From IMG/VR virus record IMGVR_UViG_3300038530_001278: DNA of 64,000 nucleotides. The stretch is one strand, 5' to 3'. This document shows positions 10,383-22,095 of the stretch, one piece after another. A program made the position numbers and the translations under genes. Source of the stretch: an uncultured virus (IMG/VR IMGVR_UViG_3300038530_001278) (taxonomy: Duplodnaviria; Heunggongvirae; Uroviricota; Caudoviricetes). The number at the start of each line of letters is the position of its first letter. The stretch's first letter is position 1. The notes under the pieces are model-generated. The model ran no database searches. It saw only the letters and a program-made list of their open reading frames with translations, and was not told the DNA's origin.

Positions 10383-13300
10383 TTATTGTGTTTTACTTTC
10401 TAAGTCTTTAACTTTTGCTGAAAGCTGTTGCACTGCTTTTATTAATACAGGAACTAGCTTACTATAATCCATTTGCATCATTTCATCTGAAGATCCGTCT
10501 CCATCTACTGCATTTGGTACAATGTCTTTTGCTTCTTGAGCATATAATCCATAGTCTCTACCTAATTCCTCGTACCCGTCAGGTCTATCTTCTTCTGGTA
10601 AATCTATCCATTTAAAGTCATAAGGCTTGAATTGTTCTATAAGGTTTAATCCATCAAAATCTTTTGGGTCTTCTTTAAGTCTAGCGTCAGAACCAGTGTA
10701 ATATGCAACTCCTGCTGCCCTACCACTAATCTTACCTCTAATTGCGTTAGTTGTTGATCTAAATGTTATAAGAGCTTGATAACCAGTGTTAGAATTTAAT
10801 GAAGCATGTTGTATTCTTAATGATTCTGCTAGAGTAGAAGAAGAAGATTGACTATTTCCGTAATTATGATATAATAAACAAGTTGGATTTGTTGTATTAA
10901 ATTTAGAGTAAGCACTTATTTCAGGTCCACCATAAGTTTCATTACTATTTACCACAGTATTAGATAATGCGCCTAATTTAACCTTTCCATTATCCAGTAT
11001 CTCAAACCTAACATTACCCTCCATGTTAGCCTCAGTTGTTCCTTGTGTAATCTTAAAGGAACCTCTATCACTATCTCCAAAATTACCAAACATACCCATT
11101 TGTACAGTTTTACCAGTACCTGTATGCTTAAAGTGCAGACCATCGCCTGTGTCTCTACCGTCAAGAAATACAACTTTTTTATTTGCTGCAACGTTAGTAG
11201 TAGATGAATTTAGGTATGTTGTGCCACTACTAGTGCTACCAATATCTAATCTTGTTCCAGAAAGTTGTAGTGCGTTATTGTCACCATTAAACTTTATTTG
11301 ACCTTTTTTAGAACCACTCTTATATTGCTCTATTACAAAACTGTTACTGTTCTGACCTTCATAACGCATGTTTAGTTCGTCATTAGTTGATGTAGCTTTC
11401 TGTAATCTTACACCACCAGTTTTGAAAAAACAATTTCTTTTTACTAGTGCTTTATTTTGAGTTAGTGTAACCTCACCATTCAAACTAGAAGTGCCATTGA
11501 CAGATAAAACACTCTGTGGGTTAGTTGTGCCAATTCCAAATTTGCCTGAAACAGTCATGTTATCTTTCACATACACTTGTGCTTTTGAAGTATCATCTCC
11601 TTTTCCAGTTACCTTTATTGCCTCATATTGAGAACCTCCTCTTTGGATTATAAAGTGTAAATCTGTATTTAGGTTTGCAGATGTAGTATCAACAGCCTCC
11701 ATACCTGGACCAAAGCCAGATATAAGACCAACTTTCATTACGTTCTCGTTTCCATTTAAAAACGCACCTGCAGATGGTTTCTTAAAATGTATAAATGGAT
11801 CTGCTCCTGAGAAAATAAACTCTCCTGGAGAGTGTAGTTCTACACTATCAGTTTCTAGAATTAATTTAGAGTAATCATAATAATCTATCTCTGGCGAAGT
11901 TCTATCATAAAATACAGTAGCACCATTATTTATTAGCTCATTGTCTCCTATATTTACAGTCTCTTGTAAATGTATAGTACCACCTGCGACATTCATTCTT
12001 TCTGTACCAGCTACATAAAACTTAAGGTTGCTATCACTTTCTTCAGTTATATAAGTATGACCAGATCTACCATCAAATAAAATCTTTTTACCTTGTGGTA
12101 CAGATACTTTTTCTTTTACACAGCTTTCAACTGTTTTGTGTATATAGTCTATATCATCATTCTGTGCTTCTGTAATTTTAGGATTATAGAAATATGATTT
12201 AGATCCGTTAACACTACCATAACAAGTACCTAATCTAAGGTGAATGTGTGTTGTGGTAGAGTGCATTACACCGGTAGCACCTGATGTTTGATATGGATTA
12301 CCATTACTAGCATATCTATCAGTGCCTTCTGTATCAGATTGACCAGAGGTTGTTCGATGTGATTTAAGTTGATATTTAAGTAATACCCATCCGTTAATGT
12401 TTGGTTGTAGTGTGTTTGAGTTATTACTATTAGCATGCGTTTTTATTTTAGATGTATGGAAATATGGATTACCAGATATTTTAGTACCATCAGCTCTATA
12501 CTCATGCCATCCTAAATATAAATGATCGTCTCCTGTAGATTTAATCCAAACACTAAATTCATAATCTTTTTCTGGATCTATTCTTACATTTTCTGAGCTA
12601 TACCAATTGTAACAGTTTGAAGAGTTACCGTTACCTGTAGATACATGAGCCTGGACTTTTCTTGTACCATCTGCCCAAGTAACTTCTTCTCTGGATGAAG
12701 ATGCAACAGCTATGTCAGTACCTTTTTTAATTAAGTTAGCACCACCTAAGTTTTCAGCTACTAACCCTTGTGGAGCATAAGCACTTACAGCTGCACCACT
12801 ACCACCTGAACCAGGATATCTCTGACAAATTAAAAGATCATTACCAACAGCTCTAAGCGTAATAGCATTCTCTGTAAATCTAATATATGTATCTGTATCT
12901 CCACTGTGATATATATATTCTGGAACTTTTATATTACCAAAAAACTCTGATTCAAGATTTGATTTTAATTCTAATACCGTTTGACTGTTTGATTGTAGAT
13001 ATAAATTATTAGCCGTTGTTGTTCTTACTGTACCAGTTCCAGAAGTAAAGCTTATTCTTCTACTTGTACCATTAATATTTAAATCAGTAGGTCCTTGAAC
13101 ATGAACATCTCCAGTAATTCTCAGTCTTTCGGTTCCCCCAGCAGCAAATGTAATTGTGTCAGCGGAAGGGAATCCCATGTTAGTATTAGTATCACCATCA
13201 TGGTAAATATAATTACCTACGTATAAAGAATGATCTGGAATATATAAATTACCATTTTGAATATATACTCCATTATTATTTACATTTAATTTTCTTGAAC

Positions 13301-16300
13301 CATCAGATACTAAACCTACTTGACCGGCTGCTGGAGAATACATACCAGTGTTTGTGTCACCTACAAATCCGTAATCTACTTCACCGTTTTGATGATGACT
13401 TTGAACAGCTATTCTACCACTATAAGAATCATCACTAGTAGATCCAACAACAAAAACTAAATCAGCTTCTGTACTCTGTAGGTGTAAACTAGCACCTCCT
13501 CCTTGTGAGCTACCATCAGCATGATAACCTCTTAGATAAATTCTTTGTGCACCACCATTGTTATCATTAAATACAACTCCAGCCCCACCACCATTACTAG
13601 TATTTGTTAATGTTAATAAGTTAGTAGCTGCTTGTGAAATTTCTACAACACCAGTAGTTACATCTAAATTACCTTGTATTTGTGTATTATCTTGTAAATC
13701 AATTAATGTGGTTGCGACTAGTTTAAGAGTATTACCTTCTGCTCTTATTGATCCACCACCCCATTCTACCGCTTTATTATCTGCTATTGTTACTTTACCA
13801 GCAACATTTAATGATGTAGTTGTAGAAGCTGGGTCTAAGTAATAACTTGTGTCATCATAATCTTTAAATGAAACACCTCTTATCTCATTTTCTGATTCTA
13901 TATTTCTATTAAAATGAGCCTTACCTGTAGATGTAATACCACCATTATATTTTATATCATCTAAATCAACTCTTACTTGTTCACTTAAAGCAGAATAATT
14001 ACCAACATCACCTGGATCAGTAGCATCTGCTACAAAGTTTTTCAATGTCCAGCCGCTGTCAGTCCACGCTTGATCTTCTAGTATAACTCTACAATTGTTT
14101 GTTGAATTATCAATATATACTTGTATTACTGCTCCATCATAAGTACCTGCTTCTTTTATTCTTAGATATCTAAATACATCTACGTTATAAGTACCATTAT
14201 CTAATACTGTAATTGTGTTAGAGTCATTATTACCATAATGGTGTGCTGCTAAAAATTCAACAGCTTGATGTCTACTACTTGCTCTATCAGTTAATCTAAA
14301 TCTACCTTGTGATCTGTTACCACTATTAGCAGCAATAGTGTACCAACCAGCTGTTAGGTTGGTGGTAGCTTGAAACCTAGCTCTAAAGAAAGTACCAGCA
14401 GCATTGTAAAGAGTACTATCACCTGCTGGATTAAGAAAATAAGCTGTGTTTTGTGCGTCATAAAATACACTGCCATAAAAGTTACGCCCGGATGTTATAG
14501 CTGTGTTACCATTCATATAGATATTACCTGCAAAATTTGCATTGTTACTTTGATCAAGAGTTAATACTGTGCCGGTTAAACTACCTGTTGCAAATTTTAA
14601 ACTACCCTGATAAGCTGTTAAAACTGTTCCATATCCATCATTACCATCTGTAACATATAATGCAGCCGTATCAGTTCCATCGTTTTCTTTAAAATATACT
14701 GCACCCGAACGACCATTTGTTGAATTCGTTCCTTTAAATAATAAAGTTGGTACACCAGTACCAAATGATGTTGCGTCTGATCCTAAACCAATATTATCAG
14801 CTCGCACATCCCCTTCAAAAGTTGCAGAACTATCACTACCGTCTATAGTTAAATGTGTTGTACTACCAGTTTTAACTAATAAATCTCTTGCTGTTATTGA
14901 TGTGTCTAGAGTCAAATGGGTTGATCCAGTAATTATTTTATCTGTAATAACACCATTACTTAAACCACTAACATTGAAACCACCGTTACTATCACCAGAG
15001 AATACATTTAAATTTCCACCACTAGCCTGCATTGTCCAACTTCTAGTGCCAGCTTGATCAAAACCAAGTCTATAACCGCCTAAAGTTGCACCACCATCAC
15101 CAGTAGAATTAATATTAGCAGATGTTGTTATGTATGTTGATGAAATCGTACCTATATTTACAAGGTTTCTACTGGAATCCATTACATATGTCCCGTTTAA
15201 TTGATAAGAAGACATATTAGAATTAGATGCATGTACAGTACCATTTGCTCTTATAGATGTACCAGTACTATTTAAATCTAGATATCTAGTAGTATCATTA
15301 TAGTCATAGTATTGAGTTGATCTTATATCAGAACTACTAGTAAGTCTACCATAAACACTCATAAAAGAGCTATGTAGTTGAGTATAAGATCCATTAGTAC
15401 TAAATACAAAATTATTATTGCTATCTATTCTTAAAACTCTTGTATCACTACCACCATCTCTAGCTGTTGTAAAGTCAACAGCCATTGCATCATTCTCAGC
15501 TTTTATTTTAAAGAAATCATCACCATCACTACCTCTTGTTTTTTGCCATACAATATGTGGCTCATATGCTTTAGCTGTAATTACTGTAGTATCATTATCT
15601 TCTACTAGTAAACCATTACCTAATTGTAATTCACCGCCACTAACTGTAATATTAACATCTGAGGTTAGAGTATCTGAGTCTGACCATATTGCTAATCTAT
15701 TAGCACTACCAGAACCATCTATGCTTCCTCCTGCGCTTGTACTTACAGATCCATCTGCCATTAAGTACTGTGAAGATGTACCTCCAGATTTAACAAATGA
15801 AGTTGCTGTTACCGAACCTGCAAAAGTTGCATTGTTATTAGTCCTATCTAAAGTTAAAACACTAACACCTCCAGCACTATTATCATGTCTTTTAATTATG
15901 AAGTCGTTAGCAGAACCGTCATACATTAAACTAAAACCATAATTTGCATTGGCTTCTTTTAAATTTATTACTGTATTTTGTTCTGAGTTAGTTTGTAGTG
16001 TTAGAGATCTAGTGTCGTCTACACCAGTGCCTCCTATAGTTACATTGCCGCCAGTTATTGTTACTGAAGTTGAAGAAACATTATCACCTATATACGTTTG
16101 TGTTCCATTATGATTTAATATATTATTACCAGACCACATTATTGCTTTAGAGTCTTGTAATTGAATAGCACCAGGAACATTTAATGATATACTTGTGTTT
16201 CCAAGATCTAAATAGTACGTTGTACCAGCAGTATCGTAATAAATAGGTGATATTATTGAACCTGATACTTGTAGGTCACCAGCTGTATTAACTCTAAAAT

Positions 16301-19300
16301 AATTCGAGCCACTACCAGGATGTGGGTTAGTACCACTATCAGTTGCAGCTGCATTGTCAGTAACATTCGCTCTACCAAACCATAAGCCATTATCACCTAT
16401 GATTAGATTACCATGAGCACTTGCGCTGTTACCAGGAACTTTAATTGATAAATAATCTCCTGTACTACTTGTCCAACCAGAATATAATATATTGTGCTCT
16501 TGTTGACCTGATGTCCAAGTAGAAACATCCATATTTATAAGTTTACCCATTGCGGAAAACTCTAAATATTTAGCACTAGGTAATATTACGTGACCTTCAA
16601 AATTTGCATTATTATTACCATCTAGTCTTAATGCTGTAGACATTGAAGAGCCATCATATGTTTGGAAGGATAAACTATAATTATTAACTAAACCTTCTAT
16701 AATTCTAGCATCTCCATTTTGCCACTGTATACCCGCTCCGCTTTGTAATTCTAAACCACCCCATCTTAAATTAGTACCAGAACCTTTACCTAAAGATCCA
16801 CCACCATCTGTCATTGGCATCAAATCACCATCTACAGTAAAATCTCCATCTTGATATAAAACAGCTGCAGTAGTCATACTGCCGCCAGTACCATTACCAG
16901 ATCTCCATTGCCATTGTCCAGTATTATCAGATGTATTACTATCCCATTGATCAAACCTAGTAGTCATAATACCACTAGTCTCATCTTGTCTATGTACTAA
17001 GTGTGCATTTCTATCATCTACATATGCTCCCCAATATTGAGTATTACTTCTACCTACTTTAAGTTGAGGTTGTGTTGTTTGTCCACCTGCATTTACATAA
17101 ACTTCTAATCCTGGTAATTCATCTCTATGATATATATTTACAGTAGAGACATTTTCATCCCACATAAAATATTCTCCAGAAAGATCACCAAAGAACTTTA
17201 CATCATGACCGGAGCCAGCAGAACCAATAGTTAAACTACCAGTCATAGTATCACCTGACTTAGATACTTTTCCAGCTATACTGTTTGTAACTGTTGTACT
17301 AAAGTTTGCATCATCACCTAGTGCTGCTGCTAACTCATTTAATGTGTCTAAAGTTGAAGGTGCTGAGTCAACTAGGTTTGATACAGCTGTATCTACATAA
17401 GCTGTTGTAGCTACTTTAGTTGAGTTATTACCTTGTGATTGTGTATTTGCTGTAGTAGATGAATGTATAGTACCAACTAAATCACCATGAAGATTAACAC
17501 CAATAATATTTTTCCACTTGTATGAAGAAGATCCTATGTCATAAGTGTTGTGGGCTCCAGGATAGAAATTTCCGTGTGCATAGTTGTTTTTATATCTTTC
17601 TAGGAAGTTAACACCTCTTGTTGTATCAGTACCTGTATTGTTTAAGTTGTTATCACCGGCTCTGTAGTTAGCCATATATAGAGAGTGAATTCTAAAGTAA
17701 CTACCATTAACAGAACCACCTAATGTATATTTTAATCTTCTTGTTGCAGCGTTTGTGCCAGAATTACTACCAACTTGTCTTAATATAACTTGATCTGTAT
17801 TATTAGTTATCTCACATAGTGTTTGCCAAGCACCCGCTCTGTAAGCTTCTATTTTTACATATGTTGGTGTAAAACTATTTGAACCAAATACAATACCAGC
17901 CCATAATGAATATGTAGCTTCATTAGTCCATTCTAGTTCTACTACACCTGGTGTGTCTACACCATGAGTATATGTGCCATCAGAACCATTGTCTGAATAC
18001 CAGCTACCTGCTGTACTTGAATGTGCATCAAAGGCATTTGCCCAACCACTATCAGTGTTTGTAACTTCATTACTATAAGTATAGCTACCTGAGCTACCAC
18101 TTCTTGTTTTGTAAAATCCACTTGTAGTTATTGTAGCATTACTCCATTTATTAAATCCAGCTAAGTCATTTATAACGTGTGGTAAATGAACCATATTGGC
18201 TTCAGATGCAGGATTTAGAAATCCACCATAAACGACAGTACCACTATTACTAGTGCTAATACCATCGTATTGCATGTTAACATCATCACCAACTAATATT
18301 TTAGTATTTTCAACTTGTAGTCTGTTGCCGCCTCCTGTAACAACTCTAAATTGATCTTGAGCAGGAAACCGTATAGAGGTATTAGTATTGCCAGTATGAT
18401 AAATTTCATTAGGAACATATAAAGCATTACCTACAACTACATTACCATTAAAAGTTGCAGAGGTATTAGTTAAGATTAAAGCATCTTGATTACCAGCTGT
18501 TCTAATGTTAAATCTAGAATTAGCATGTTCATATTTAATTACACCGTCTCTGTTTCCAGCTGGACTATCTCCTGCTCCTTCCTCATCTAAATCATCAGCA
18601 AAATATATAGCACTACTTTTACCACTACCAGAATATATTGTTATACCTTGACTACCACTACCACTACCTACAACTAAGTCGTCAGCACTTGTGTTTGCTG
18701 TAAACGAGCTTGGTGTTTTGATACCTACAGAACCTGCAAAAGTAGATGTACCTGTACCTGTAACTTTTAAATCTAACTCACTAGCAACAAGGGTGTTATT
18801 ATCACTATGAGAACCACTAGTTCCGAAAACAAATGTGCCTGTACCGCTAGCTGTAACATTATACCCAATAGCCACAGAATATGTGCCAGTTGCTGCAGGG
18901 TTATAACCTATACCTATAGATTGATTTCCTGTGGAGTCTGCATCATAACCTATACTAATTGCTTCATTACCTAAAGTTGAATTAGTGTTACCTATAGTAA
19001 TTTTATCATCTGCAAATTTAAGATGTCTTGTAGCTGCTAACGTTAAATTTTGAGAAACTGCAACACCGGCTGAAGAGAAAGTAATATTATTACTAGTGTC
19101 TGCTCTGTTGTATATAGATCCACCTCCAGATACACCTCCAACATGTATATGTCCATTAGCATGTAAGACATCATCTGTTCTTAATATATTAGTACCGTCT
19201 CTAAATAAAGTGACATCGCTGCCTAATTGTAAAGTCCCACCTTCAGAAGTTATATTCCCTGCAAATATTGCTTCTGTATCACTACCATCACCAAGTCTTA

Positions 19301-19577
19301 ATATTGATGTTCCTCGATGAAAAAATTCAAAACCGTCTCCTACTGAACTATGATCTCTAAGAGTTGCAATTGTTCCACTATAAGATATTCTTAGTCTTTG
19401 ATTGAATACATCAATCTCTCTAATGTAAAGAGTTCTAAAGTCTTTAGAATCTGTAGTTCCTAAATCTACAGTATTATCTGCAGTTGGTATTACATGATTT
19501 GCTAAATGTAAATTACCATCAACAGTTAAGTCTGTGGAGCTCCCACTGAAATGTCCATCATGGAGAAATTTAGGCAT
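10383..19577 (-). CDS. Giant mosaic tail fibre (3064 aa) with C-terminal peptidase S74 intramolecular chaperone
   Basis: Gly/Ser/Thr/Asn-rich; SAPSTLDTLNELAAALGDDANF fibre motif; C-terminal SDARLKED...DYSKLVPVLIKAVQQL. Confidence 0.9.
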   Translation of the reverse strand: MPKFLHDGHFSGSSTDLTVDGNLHLANHVIPTADNTVDLGTTDSKDFRTLYIREIDVFNQRLRISYSGTIATLRDHSSVGDGFEFFHRGTSILRLGDGSDTEAIFAGNITSEGGTLQLGSDVTLFRDGTNILRTDDVLHANGHIHVGGVSGGGSIYNRADTSNNITFSSAGVAVSQNLTLAATRHLKFADDKITIGNTNSTLGNEAISIGYDADSTGNQSIGIGYNPAATGTYSVAIGYNVTASGTGTFVFGTSGSHSDNNTLVASELDLKVTGTGTSTFAGSVGIKTPSSFTANTSADDLVVGSGSGSQGITIYSGSGKSSAIYFADDLDEEGAGDSPAGNRDGVIKYEHANSRFNIRTAGNQDALILTNTSATFNGNVVVGNALYVPNEIYHTGNTNTSIRFPAQDQFRVVTGGGNRLQVENTKILVGDDVNMQYDGISTSNSGTVVYGGFLNPASEANMVHLPHVINDLAGFNKWSNATITTSGFYKTRSGSSGSYTYSNEVTNTDSGWANAFDAHSSTAGSWYSDNGSDGTYTHGVDTPGVVELEWTNEATYSLWAGIVFGSNSFTPTYVKIEAYRAGAWQTLCEITNNTDQVILRQVGSNSGTNAATRRLKYTLGGSVNGSYFRIHSLYMANYRAGDNNLNNTGTDTTRGVNFLERYKNNYAHGNFYPGAHNTYDIGSSSYKWKNIIGVNLHGDLVGTIHSSTTANTQSQGNNSTKVATTAYVDTAVSNLVDSAPSTLDTLNELAAALGDDANFSTTVTNSIAGKVSKSGDTMTGSLTIGSAGSGHDVKFFGDLSGEYFMWDENVSTVNIYHRDELPGLEVYVNAGGQTTQPQLKVGRSNTQYWGAYVDDRNAHLVHRQDETSGIMTTRFDQWDSNTSDNTGQWQWRSGNGTGGSMTTAAVLYQDGDFTVDGDLMPMTDGGGSLGKGSGTNLRWGGLELQSGAGIQWQNGDARIIEGLVNNYSLSFQTYDGSSMSTALRLDGNNNANFEGHVILPSAKYLEFSAMGKLINMDVSTWTSGQQEHNILYSGWTSSTGDYLSIKVPGNSASAHGNLIIGDNGLWFGRANVTDNAAATDSGTNPHPGSGSNYFRVNTAGDLQVSGSIISPIYYDTAGTTYYLDLGNTSISLNVPGAIQLQDSKAIMWSGNNILNHNGTQTYIGDNVSSTSVTITGGNVTIGGTGVDDTRSLTLQTNSEQNTVINLKEANANYGFSLMYDGSANDFIIKRHDNSAGGVSVLTLDRTNNNATFAGSVTATSFVKSGGTSSQYLMADGSVSTSAGGSIDGSGSANRLAIWSDSDTLTSDVNITVSGGELQLGNGLLVEDNDTTVITAKAYEPHIVWQKTRGSDGDDFFKIKAENDAMAVDFTTARDGGSDTRVLRIDSNNNFVFSTNGSYTQLHSSFMSVYGRLTSSSDIRSTQYYDYNDTTRYLDLNSTGTSIRANGTVHASNSNMSSYQLNGTYVMDSSRNLVNIGTISSTYITTSANINSTGDGGATLGGYRLGFDQAGTRSWTMQASGGNLNVFSGDSNGGFNVSGLSNGVITDKIITGSTHLTLDTSITARDLLVKTGSTTHLTIDGSDSSATFEGDVRADNIGLGSDATSFGTGVPTLLFKGTNSTNGRSGAVYFKENDGTDTAALYVTDGNDGYGTVLTAYQGSLKFATGSLTGTVLTLDQSNNANFAGNIYMNGNTAITSGRNFYGSVFYDAQNTAYFLNPAGDSTLYNAAGTFFRARFQATTNLTAGWYTIAANSGNRSQGRFRLTDRASSRHQAVEFLAAHHYGNNDSNTITVLDNGTYNVDVFRYLRIKEAGTYDGAVIQVYIDNSTNNCRVILEDQAWTDSGWTLKNFVADATDPGDVGNYSALSEQVRVDLDDIKYNGGITSTGKAHFNRNIESENEIRGVSFKDYDDTSYYLDPASTTTSLNVAGKVTIADNKAVEWGGGSIRAEGNTLKLVATTLIDLQDNTQIQGNLDVTTGVVEISQAATNLLTLTNTSNGGGAGVVFNDNNGGAQRIYLRGYHADGSSQGGGASLHLQSTEADLVFVVGSTSDDSYSGRIAVQSHHQNGEVDYGFVGDTNTGMYSPAAGQVGLVSDGSRKLNVNNNGVYIQNGNLYIPDHSLYVGNYIYHDGDTNTNMGFPSADTITFAAGGTERLRITGDVHVQGPTDLNINGTSRRISFTSGTGTVRTTTANNLYLQSNSQTVLELKSNLESEFFGNIKVPEYIYHSGDTDTYIRFTENAITLRAVGNDLLICQRYPGSGGSGAAVSAYAPQGLVAENLGGANLIKKGTDIAVASSSREEVTWADGTRKVQAHVSTGNGNSSNCYNWYSSENVRIDPEKDYEFSVWIKSTGDDHLYLGWHEYRADGTKISGNPYFHTSKIKTHANSNNSNTLQPNINGWVLLKYQLKSHRTTSGQSDTEGTDRYASNGNPYQTSGATGVMHSTTTHIHLRLGTCYGSVNGSKSYFYNPKITEAQNDDIDYIHKTVESCVKEKVSVPQGKKILFDGRSGHTYITEESDSNLKFYVAGTERMNVAGGTIHLQETVNIGDNELINNGATVFYDRTSPEIDYYDYSKLILETDSVELHSPGEFIFSGADPFIHFKKPSAGAFLNGNENVMKVGLISGFGPGMEAVDTTSANLNTDLHFIIQRGGSQYEAIKVTGKGDDTSKAQVYVKDNMTVSGKFGIGTTNPQSVLSVNGTSSLNGEVTLTQNKALVKRNCFFKTGGVRLQKATSTNDELNMRYEGQNSNSFVIEQYKSGSKKGQIKFNGDNNALQLSGTRLDIGSTSSGTTYLNSSTTNVAANKKVVFLDGRDTGDGLHFKHTGTGKTVQMGMFGNFGDSDRGSFKITQGTTEANMEGNVRFEILDNGKVKLGALSNTVVNSNETYGGPEISAYSKFNTTNPTCLLYHNYGNSQSSSSTLAESLRIQHASLNSNTGYQALITFRSTTNAIRGKISGRAAGVAYYTGSDARLKEDPKDFDGLNLIEQFKPYDFKWIDLPEEDRPDGYEELGRDYGLYAQEAKDIVPNAVDGDGSSDEMMQMDYSKLVPVLIKAVQQLSAKVKDLESKTQ

Positions 19578-19594
19578 AATACTATAATTTTATT

Positions 19595-21727
19595 TTAATC
19601 CATCTTAGTTACAAATGCTCTATATGCTCCAGCTGTAACTGCAGAAGCAAATGCAATTGTAATTGTTGTATCAGATGGTCTTTTAACTGACACAAATACT
19701 GTTTCGTAATCATGACTGTCTTCTACTACTTCTACTGCATATCTTCTAGATGCTCCCATACCATGTGTAATAGTAAACGTAAAGTTTGAACTGTTGTATG
19801 ATACACCAGTAGCACTATTATCTAAGTCAAACGTTTTATGTTTAGCCTGATGATTATTTGATATTAATGTATTAACACCATCTGTAGCATCATCAGAAGT
19901 TATTCCTGTTACATGTCCGAAATCATCTAAAGTTATATCTTGTACATAAGTTATACCTGAGTTATCTACAGACGCTTGCGATGATGTATCTGCGTGTGCT
20001 ATTTTTACACTATCAGCTGTACTTTTTGTTACAACGATTCCGTCTGAGTCTGATACGTGGTCACCTATAAAGTCAACAGTCTCACCAGTTGTAATATCAT
20101 CTGATGATCCACCATTTACTTTTAAGTTCCAGCTACCATAGTTATCAAGACCTGTAACACTAATCTCACGTGACGTTCCTTCGCCTGCAGAACCACTAAT
20201 AGATATATTAGTACCTGCAGTAACATTACCTACGTAGTTACCAGAAGTATCAGTTCCTAATGCTATATCATGTTGTTTTGTATGTAAAACATATTCTGTG
20301 CCTCCAGCTAGTCTTTGTGACCATCTATCAGTTGACTCATCCCAATATAGTTGTGCATTAGTTGATGATCCTCTTTCTACTTCAATACCAGAATCTTCAC
20401 TAGGAGTACCAGTTTCATTACTGTTAAGAGTAATTATATTATCTTCAATTAGTACAACCTCAGAATTTTTAGTTGTTTGGTTTCCTGATACAATCAGATC
20501 ACCTTGAATTGTTACAGCTCCACTAAAATGTGCAGTACCATTAACATCTAAGTTATGTGTTGGTACTTGGAAATCACTTGATGGATTAATAACCATCGCA
20601 CCGCTCATGTTGTTATTAGATCCTATTGACTGAATAATAGCAGCTGTATCGAATGCTCCAGTTCCATTACCTTTATTTGTAGCAAACGTTAGTTGTGACT
20701 CTTGATCACTTGCGTCTACTATTCTAGCATAGATACCAGCATAACTAATATCAGCCGTGTTTGCACCACCGCCTCCAATAGCATTTCTACCTCTAAATTC
20801 AACAACTCCTAACGTATCTTCATCTACAGGAGCACCTGCATTTCTATATAAAACTAAATCAGGGGCTGAAGCTGCAGTAGTATCTGAGCTTTCTAGCATT
20901 ATGTTTTCACCTGGACCTCCATTTTTAGAATGTATGATAGGAGTTCCTGTTTCAGATGTGGTACCAACAACTAACTGACTTGCAATTGTTACATCATCTG
21001 GTAATCCTATTGTTATAGTATCACCTGATACGCTTGTCACAATCTCATTTGATGTTCCTGATATAGTAAGTGTATCTGTTCCTAGAACTACACCATTATC
21101 AGTTCCTGAGTCAGCTGCAATATCTAATGTTGTAGATATTGATTGCTCTCCTGCAGCAGTTAATCTACCTTGCTGATCTACAGTAAATGTAGGAATAGCA
21201 GTAGAACTACCATATGAATCAGGTGTTACAGCTGTATCATCTAGATCAATAACAACTCTATTACCAGTGTGGCTAGTTGTGATACCTGTATCACCTGCTA
21301 TTGTAAGAGTTTCAGAATCTAAGTCTATAGATATAGATCCTGCTCCATCTGTGGTTAAGTCTAGATCTTGTGCTGTTATTTGTGAATCAACATAACTTTT
21401 TATCTGTGATGTTGTAGCTAAACCTGTGCTATCAGTTGAAACAGCTTCTGTTTGTATTGCAAAGCTTGGTATAGGACCGCCTGCATTAGTTATTACTAAT
21501 TGATCTGATGTAGTAGTTTCAACTGCTGTTATATCTCCAGTTATAGATACGAAGTTACTACCATCATAAATTTTTAGTGCATATGTTGCTGCACTTCCGC
21601 TCGAGGTATCATAGTAGACTCGACCGATTTGTAAGTTATTACTAGGAGCGGATCCTAGCGGCTCAATAGTAGCCTGCTCTATTCTATTTCCTCCTAGATT
21701 TATATGGTTTAAATATTTTACGCTCAT
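19595..21727 (-). CDS. Tail fibre / spike-like structural protein
   Basis: 710 aa with YGSSTAIPTFTVDQQGRLTAA, EDNIITLNS...SGIEVERG and LDDFGHVTG fibre motifs. Confidence 0.75.
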   Translation of the reverse strand: MSVKYLNHINLGGNRIEQATIEPLGSAPSNNLQIGRVYYDTSSGSAATYALKIYDGSNFVSITGDITAVETTTSDQLVITNAGGPIPSFAIQTEAVSTDSTGLATTSQIKSYVDSQITAQDLDLTTDGAGSISIDLDSETLTIAGDTGITTSHTGNRVVIDLDDTAVTPDSYGSSTAIPTFTVDQQGRLTAAGEQSISTTLDIAADSGTDNGVVLGTDTLTISGTSNEIVTSVSGDTITIGLPDDVTIASQLVVGTTSETGTPIIHSKNGGPGENIMLESSDTTAASAPDLVLYRNAGAPVDEDTLGVVEFRGRNAIGGGGANTADISYAGIYARIVDASDQESQLTFATNKGNGTGAFDTAAIIQSIGSNNNMSGAMVINPSSDFQVPTHNLDVNGTAHFSGAVTIQGDLIVSGNQTTKNSEVVLIEDNIITLNSNETGTPSEDSGIEVERGSSTNAQLYWDESTDRWSQRLAGGTEYVLHTKQHDIALGTDTSGNYVGNVTAGTNISISGSAGEGTSREISVTGLDNYGSWNLKVNGGSSDDITTGETVDFIGDHVSDSDGIVVTKSTADSVKIAHADTSSQASVDNSGITYVQDITLDDFGHVTGITSDDATDGVNTLISNNHQAKHKTFDLDNSATGVSYNSSNFTFTITHGMGASRRYAVEVVEDSHDYETVFVSVKRPSDTTITIAFASAVTAGAYRAFVTKMD

Positions 21728-21741
21728 AGTATTTTATTTTA

Positions 21742-22095
21742 TTAATTTAAAAAAGCTTTACCTGCAAATGCTGCGGTAAATAAAATTTGTAGCTTAGTAG
21801 AACTACTATTACCGGTTGCCCAGTCTTTGTAGATTACTTTACCAACTACTTCAGTTTCCGATGTATCTACTACGCTAACTGATGGATACTTTCCTAAATT
21901 ATGTGTAACTAACCATGTGGAGGAAGCTACACTTTGTGTGTGTACAAAATTTAGGTCGCCAGCTCCTGCAGGTCCTTGTGTACCTACAGCTACTACTGTA
22001 ACAACATTACCAGATGTTGTAACTTTATTACGAGTACTATCTGATAGTCTTACTATGTTACCTGCTGGGGTTGTAATTTGTACTTTATTTGCCAT
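21742..22095 (-). CDS. Small structural protein
   Basis: 117 aa, FVHTQSVASSTWLVTHNLGKYPSVSVVD motif, short GPAG segment; lies in the tail-fibre cluster. Confidence 0.6.
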   Translation of the reverse strand: MANKVQITTPAGNIVRLSDSTRNKVTTSGNVVTVVAVGTQGPAGAGDLNFVHTQSVASSTWLVTHNLGKYPSVSVVDTSETEVVGKVIYKDWATGNSSSTKLQILFTAAFAGKAFLN

